From: Octopus vulgaris
Taxonomy: Eukaryota
Reading direction: 5' to 3'
Length of the DNA stretch: 64,000 nucleotides
NCBI GenBank assembly: GCA_951406725.2
Contig: OX597823.1
Span: forward strand, 89,156,001 to 89,220,000
The position numbers and the translations under genes were made by a program. Below the pieces are notes generated by a model. It was not told the origin of the DNA. It saw only the letters and a list, made by a program, of their open reading frames with translations, and did no database searches. Shown in pieces: positions 56,923 through 64,000 of this stretch; the first letter of the stretch is position 1, and each line of letters starts with the position of its first letter.

Positions 56923-57229
56923 TATATGTTATAATTTAGAACAAACAGTAAAAGCTTTTCATTATAGTACACGGAGTTTCGAATCTCGGTGCGACGAGTT
57001 ACGATACGTTCTCGTCGGCTATTAATGGCAACAGATACTATGAAAAGCCGTTAAATAAAAGGAAATTAACTCTAATAGGTAGAAAAAGAAAAAAAGATAA
57101 AAGGTGCACGCAAGCGTCTGTTGCCATTAATAGCCAACGAGAATTTATCGTAGCTCTTCGTTCCGACATTCGAAAATCCGAGTACTATAATGACAACTCT
57201 TTACTGTTTGTTCTAAATTATAACATATA
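56923..57229. mobile_element. Inverted-repeat cassette (113-bp arms, ~88% identical), each arm holding a degenerate hammerhead
   Basis: Arms at 56923-57035 and 57117-57229; HHR-like folds at 56960-57027 (-) and 57125-57192 (+). Confidence 0.8.
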
Positions 57230-57234
57230 TATAC

Positions 57235-57307
<73 letters not shown>

Positions 57308-57309
<2 letters not shown>

Positions 57310-58061
57310 TTATAAAATAAGGGCAACAGAAAAATTCTAATGCCAAATATGCCGAGAAAAAGACAAAATTGTCAATAACCATTATAATTTATCGGCATGT
57401 TTCGAGACTCATAAATTATAATGGTTATTGACAATTTTGTCTTTTTTCGGCATATTTGGCATTAGAATTTTTCTCTTGCCCTTATTTTATAAGTTATTTA
57501 TAAATTTAACCTTTAAAGGTATTTTTTGATATGCTGGCCATTGATAAAATTTTTTTTCTTTCGAAAAAAATCTTATCCTACATTAGTTATAAATTCAATA
57601 GTGTTCACTTCCGGATTCTCTCACTCTATGAAAGTTTCTAGATCGAATCACACGTGTCTCGAGATGTGCTGAAGATTTTCTATTTTGGATATATTTGGGG
57701 TACTTAGGTCTGCTCAGGACTAAGTGCTTGCTTTTTCTATGCGTATGAGTAAGTATTCCATTTATGTTTTACGTATTAATCGCTGACGAGGGGAAAATTC
57801 TTATGAATTAACCCTGAAATTGGAACAAATACGGTTATAACGGAATTTTTTAGAAATTTCTATCGGCATGTTTCGAGACGCATAAATTATAATGGTTATT
57901 GACAATTTTGTCTTATTTTCGGCATATTTGGCATTAGAATTTTTCTCTTGCCCTTATTTTATAAGTTACTTATAAATTTAACCTTTAAAGGTATTTTTGA
58001 TATGCTGGCCATTCATAAAATTTTTTTCTTTCGAAAACAATATTATCCTACATTAGTTATA
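57308..58061 (+). mobile_element. Non-autonomous Penelope-like element / retrozyme-like partial tandem (471-nt period) with 5' inverted segment
   Basis: Direct repeats at 57390-57591 and 57861-58061; 57308-57392 is the reverse complement of 57411-57494; internal HHR; bounded by (TA)n and (TACA)n; no credible ORF. Confidence 0.82.
57777..57837 (+). ncRNA. Type I hammerhead ribozyme with intact core
   Basis: taatcg CTGACGA gggg aa aattc ttat gaatt aa ccct GAAA ttggaacaaa TA cggtta. Stem I is 6 bp, stem II 4+5 bp, helix III short. Predicted cut after A57831. Confidence 0.82.
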
Positions 58062-58105
58062 TACATACATACATACATACATACATACATACATACATAC
58101 ATACA

Positions 58106-58139
<34 letters not shown>

Positions 58140-58826
58140 CGCACGTACATACGTATAACAGGAGAGCGTGAGGACATCAATAGACCTACAGCGCTCTGGT
58201 TTGACACGCAATCATTAGATCTTTTAGTCGTCACAAATATGAAGAAATAGAGAGAAATTCTTCTATATTCCTAGAGTTTTGTGAAAGGAACTAAATAATG
58301 AAGGTTCTTAAACTCCTGCAATGAATCGGAAAGGATTTCTTAGAAACCTATTATATTAAGAAAGGGGAAAGAAAAGTTTTCCCCGGATATTTTATAAATC
58401 TTTAGAAAATGGTTGCTACGTATTTATATATTTATTAAGACGTCTAAAGGATATCTGAAATCTTTACAAAAGAAATTCTTGATTGAAAAATAAATATTTG
58501 AAACATCTTTTAAAAGTGGGAAGTTTGTCTTTTGTTCAAAAGCAATTGCTATGAAGGCAGAGTCATTCAAATATTTAATAAGTTCTCTGAAATATGTATG
58601 TGGAATAATCTGAATGATCCGCTCACTAATTACTATGGGTTTGATATCACACACACACACACACACGAACATATTGCGTGCATAAACACACATATGCACA
58701 CTAATGCCTGCGACCGGAGGTAGATTGCCAACACGAAACTGGTATACGTGTAAATATACAAATTGTGGATGACCATCGATCATATACAGGCGTATGTGTT
58801 TCTGGATATATATGCCTGTATGTATG

Positions 58827-58884
<58 letters not shown>

Positions 58885-59262
58885 CACGCGCTCACACAAA
58901 CACACACGCCAAATATCAGTCATTACGCGTAAATATGTGCTCTACAAAGCTGCATTGAGTAACTGGTCAATTTAATGTAAAATAGCTTCTTATAATTCGG
59001 CATACAAACAAAACATAAATTATTTTTGTGTGTGTCTTTGTATGTGGGTGTGTTTGTGTGTATGTGTGTATGTGTGCGTGTGTATGTGTGTGTGCGTGTG
59101 TGTGTGTATGTGTGTTTGAGAGAGACAGAGAGAGCGTGTGTTTGCAGCTGACGTTGGGAAATTACAAATTATATGTATGAGGATAATTAACCCCTAAATC
59201 GATATCTTATCAGCTTTATGAAATGATTTTTTTAATTGTTATTTTATTACTTCGGTTACAGT

Positions 59263-59470
59263 AAGGTGGTGAGGTGGTGGAATCGTTAGCATACCGGGCA
59301 AAATGTTTAGCAGCATTTCGTCTATCTATGAGTTCTGAGATCAAATTCCACCGAAGCCGACTTTGCCTTTCATCTTGTCGATGTCAATAAAATAAGTAAC
59401 AGTTGAGCACTGGAGTTGATGTAACCGACTTAGCCCCTCTCCCGGAATTGCTGATCTTGTGCCAGGAACC
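59263..59470 (+). mobile_element. Meta-domain tRNA SINE
   Basis: aaggtggtgaggtggtggaatcgttagc...gattcaaattccaccgaagccgactttgcctttcatc... Confidence 0.85.
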
Positions 59471-60296
59471 AATATTTGCCTCTGTGTGTGTTTGCAGTTG
59501 CAGTTGTGAGATTACAAATGAGAGTGTATGATGATTATCAACCACTAAATCGATATCCTACAGTACCACCTTTATGAAATCAATTTATATTTCGGTTACC
59601 CATATGAGAGATCAACATTTTCCTTCAAAAATAGGACGAACCTTCCGAGGAAGAACCAGCACAGCTATGAATTCTCTAAATAGTAAGGACATACCAACGT
59701 ACAGGAAAATAGGTTTCCCCGTTTGAAGACATTTTCAACGGACTTTCCAACCCAAGATTCAAAATTCTACCTGTTAACATCACAAGTGATAATATTTTCG
59801 GAATTTTAAAGTAATTGAAGAGCATAGATGCTCTAAATGAAGATTAAAACTTCATGCGGCCTGTCTAACTCTCTTTTGTTGATTGAAATTCAATACGCAC
59901 GTGCGCACACACGCACAAGCACACACAAACACACACACACACATTCTAAAATGGTTATCAACTAGTTGGATTAAAATACAAAGAATTTCCTACGGTATGC
60001 GATCCTATTGAGACATTATTTAGTGGTCACCTGCTGGAAATAAAACGATTATATCATAGTTTACAGAAAGAGTTCTCTTCAGACTGAGACATACTGAACA
60101 TTAAATTCCTTAACATATAACTAATCCTGGTCCTGTTTTCCACACATTAATAACAATACAAAAGAGAATAAAATATTACAGCAAACACTACAAGTTTAAT
60201 GCTGGCTTTCATACAAAACACAAATAGATTCGATTATTAAAAGCGCTTTTAATAAAATTCGGAACAGATTTATGCACTCACTTTATAAATATATAC

Positions 60297-60331
<35 letters not shown>

Positions 60332-60355
60332 TACCTATGTCAATGTATATATGTA

Positions 60356-60395
<40 letters not shown>

Positions 60396-60397
60396 CA

Positions 60398-60478
<81 letters not shown>

Positions 60479-60505
60479 CATACATACATACATACATACA
60501 TACAT

Positions 60506-60592
<87 letters not shown>

Positions 60593-61074
60593 CATTTATA
60601 GCGTACCTAACAGCGAACAAGTAACATCCATCCAACCAAAAGTTATTTATGGCCGGCACATTGAAAAGAGGGAAAGACTCGATTAAAAAATGCTTGAAGA
60701 GAAGCATAAGAAAATAAAGGATAGATTTAATATAATAAAGTAATAATGAAATTTCATTGTAAAAAACCAATACCTTTGGTTGAAAAATGTCATCTTAAAT
60801 AGAGAAAAAATTTTAATTTCGAATATTTATGTTTGTTGGAAGTGGGCGTGATAACTGGTAAAAATGCACCTACAAAACGGGCATAAAAATTGAGAAAATA
60901 ATTCGAAATAACATAAAGTCCTGCAGGTAATAAAATGTTGCAGAGATATATAGAGGTTTGCTGACATTTCCAATACATATATGTTTCTGTGTAGCGGTAT
61001 AGATACACGTTAGTATTACGTTATGTCATACGTTTTACAATACTTTGTTAACTTTTTGCCTTATTCGTCACGTA

Positions 61075-61690
61075 ACAACCAAAACAGCCAAGCATTAAAA
61101 GTATATTTTATATACGATCTACCAAGTTGCACCGTCTGAAGCCACCTTTCTACCAGTTCTTTGATCCCTCGCTGATACCATTTCTTGTCCGTTGAGGGGA
61201 AGAACTTCACTGAAACTACCCTCTCCTTTTGGTTGATGAAACGTCGTGACTGCAGTAAGTGAGCTCTGGATCGTATCAAATGATAATGCAAATGAGTTAG
61301 ATCCGGACTATATGTTGGGTGTGACACCAGTTCGATTCTCTCAAGTTCCTGTGGTTCATTCTGTGTCGTTCGAGTGGTATGAGGCCTTGCGTTGCTTTGT
61401 TGCAGAAGATCTTTTTTTCCGTTCACCAATGCCGGTTTTTTTTTTGCCACACAATGGCTTATATCCGTAAGGTGTGAGCCTGTCAGATACTCTCCAAACG
61501 TTACTTGCTTGATTTGCCTCTAAAGCTTAGGGCACGGCCTTCGAATCCACGGTTTTAGGCCTACCTGCCCTTGCCTGATCATCGAGTTCTTAAAATCCGA
61601 GCGAAATTTCTTTAGCTATCTACTTATTGTAATGTGGTCATCTACTTATTGTAATGTGGTCACCTTTCACACAACAAATGTTTTATGTTG
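61075..61690 (-). pseudogene. Internally deleted mariner (Mos1/SETMAR-like) transposase
   Basis: C-terminus LLQQSNARPHT...HPTYSPDL...HYHL...WYQRGIKELVERWLQTV (cf. HDNARPH, HPPYSPDLAPSDYHLF). 61470-61690 resembles the N-terminal HTH region (KKFRS...LDDQARAGRPKTVDS). Confidence 0.88.
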
Positions 61691-61704
61691 CTCCTAAACT
61701 ACGA

Positions 61705-62846
61705 AAAAAACGAAACCGCTTGGATATGGAATCAGCCTCAAGAAACAGCGTTTCGGACTCTGAAGGAAAAACTCAGCTCTGCACCAGTACTGATGCATTA
61801 TAGTGTTGACCAGCCAACAAAGATCTCAGCAGATGCATCGTCTTGTGGCTTGGGCGGAATACTTCTTCAGAAGGAAGACGGCTGGAGACCTGTATTCTAT
61901 ACATAGAGATCTCTCAGAGACAGAGCTAAGATATGAGAAGTCACGTGGTATTGTGAGAGGTTTGCTGACTTCTTCAGAGGCCTACCAAAGATCTTGATAG
62001 AAACAGATCACAAGCCTCTACAACCACTGCTAAAGATGAATGTCTCGATGGGTTGACTCCAAGAATCCAGCGTTTCCGCATGCGCCTAATGAGATTCACC
62101 TACGAGATCACACACAGTGCAGGGAAAAACCTCATTAGATCAGACACCCTATCCAGGGCTTCTGGCAGCATACCAACGAAACAGGAGACAGTAACAGACA
62201 TGTTCATCCGTTCTCTCACAGACAGCATCTCCGCGAGTGACAAACGACTGGAGGAAATCAGGCAGAAACAAAGCACTGATAAAATCTATGGTCAAGTTAT
62301 CAACTTCTACAAAATGGACCACTGGCTTGAAGCAGTCCCACAAGATCCGGAACTGAGACCCTACTGGTTTGTACGGCAGTACCTAACAGTTTCTAAGGGA
62401 CTCTTATTGTATCAGAGTCGACTCCTCATCTCCGCAAACCTCCAAAAAGACATCTTAGATCGTCTACACGAAGGAAACCAAGGTATCGTCAAATGCCGAG
62501 TACTGGTGCGAGATAATGTCTGGTGGCCAGGCTTTTCCAAGCAAATTGCTGAGAAGATAGGAGGGTGTGTTTTCTGCGGGAAGGAAAACAAATATCGACC
62601 AGAATCCCTACGATCTATCAAGTTACCTGACTATCCATGGCAGAAGGTAGGAATGGACATGTTCAAATTGAAAGGACACAGATATCTCTTAGTCATTGAC
62701 TACTATTCTAGATGGATAGAGATATCTCATCTACAGAACAATATCAGGCAGTATCGTTGACAACTGCAAATCAATATTTGTTACATATGGTATACCGGAG
62801 GTTGTCAATTCCGATAATGGTCCTAAATTCATATCGAAGGAGTTCT
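61705..62846 (+). pseudogene. pol: Ty3/Gypsy pol fragment (RT connection/RNase H, integrase Zn-binding and core), frameshifted
   Basis: WNQPQETAFRTLKEKLSSAPVL...ADASSCGLGGILLQ...WRPVFY; ETDHKPL; PRIQRFRMRLMRF; LHEGNQGIVKC...VWWPG...CVFC; PWQKVGMDMF...YLLVIDYYSRWIE; YGIPEVVNSDNGPKFISKEF. Confidence 0.95.
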
Positions 62847-62859
62847 TGGATTTTTCAAT

Positions 62860-63045
62860 TTTTTTAAAAAATACCTTAGGAATGAGAACCCAGGTTCAAA
62901 ATTTCCTCAAGACACCTGGTGAAGGCTGGAGGGTATATCGGCCGAAACGTTGTGTTAACAACACACATGATGACGACAAATATCCTTCAATTGTAAATAA
63001 TGTAAATAATGTACATAATTCCTCATCTCTTAAATATAGAACTGT
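62860..63045 (+). mobile_element. Penelope-like terminal fragment carrying a minimal hammerhead (62911-62956, A6G variant)
   Basis: gacac CTGGTGA a ggctgg agggtata tcggcc GAAA cg TT gtgtt. Helix III is the palindrome AACGTT. Confidence 0.7.
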
Positions 63046-63196
63046 ATATAGAGTCCCTTACAGATATTCATATATATATATACACACACACAGAGAGGGG
63101 GGAGATAAAATTTACTTGGAAATGGATGAGTGGCGTTCGATCGTATACTAATATAAATTATATATATATATATATATATGCATATATACAAATACA

Positions 63197-63470
63197 CATG
63201 TCCCTGTTTATCTACTCCACGGGGACAACTGATGAAGGGAATGTTCTTTATGTTGCCTGTCTCGTTTCTCTATTTGTTTCTTTTGTTGTTCGAAAAAACG
63301 TTCGTTTTCCATGGTTTTGTTTTTATGATCTCGTTTCTCATTTTATTCGTGTTTTTTTATTTGACGTCCTGTACTCATATATGCATGTATAATTACATAT
63401 ATATGTAGGCATGTACATGTGTGTGTGTAGATATGCATATATATATTTATTATTTATTTTACATATACTT
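63197..63470 (+). mobile_element. Second copy of the 33217-33500 family, with a short 5' inversion
   Basis: Begins tgtccctgttt-atctactcc, the reverse complement of ggagtagat(g)aaacagggaca seen in the 33-kb copy, then continues in the same orientation as that copy. Confidence 0.65.
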
Positions 63471-63522
63471 TATATATATAAATTATATATATATACTATA
63501 TATATTATATATATATACACTA

Positions 63523-63573
<51 letters not shown>

Positions 63574-64000
63574 TATCAATATTAACTCCTATATATAAAC
63601 CCCTAAACATGTATACATAAATATATATAAACAAACCAAAGGAATCATGAAGATAATTCGCATAAATGTAGATTCATTTTACGGGTTTACATACGTATAT
63701 GTGGGTATGTTGTGTTTGAGGACATGGGTGTGAGCGTGTGTGTACATTACAGCATGAAATTATACTTGTATTCTCCGTTACGTAATCAAACCAAAGAAAA
63801 CCAGCATCACTGCATAAAAAAGTCATTAAGGTGACATCGTAAACGCTTTGAGAATCGCAACTTAAAGATTGCATTAAAAAAATCATGAGCTTAAACAAGC
63901 TGAATATCATCATAACGAGACCAGCTTTGGCATAAAATTGTTACTCCAAACGAATGTTTAAAAAAAGTTCTACATATCTACAGGTTTATATATATATATA

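Overview
AT-rich eukaryotic DNA dense in microsatellites and SINEs. The repeat families look like those of coleoid cephalopods (Octopus-type tRNA-derived SINEs with Meta/CORE-like bodies); this is recognition from memory, not a database match. I can support no intact host protein-coding gene, and most ORFs in the track are microsatellite artefacts. Decayed transposon coding relics are present: Penelope GIY-YIG, hAT/Buster, RTE, R4/Dong, mariner and Gypsy pol. The most interesting signal is a set of type I hammerhead ribozyme (HHR) motifs in short non-coding cassettes set in or next to (TA)n tracts. Two have intact cores (56633-56730, 57777-57837) and four carry core substitutions. One lies in a ~471-nt partial tandem unit with a 5' inverted segment, the architecture of a non-autonomous Penelope-like element or retrozyme. 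Three apparently unrelated HHR cassettes are packed into ~1.5 kb at 56.6-58.1 kb. SINE and relic boundaries are approximate, and all folds were done by eye.
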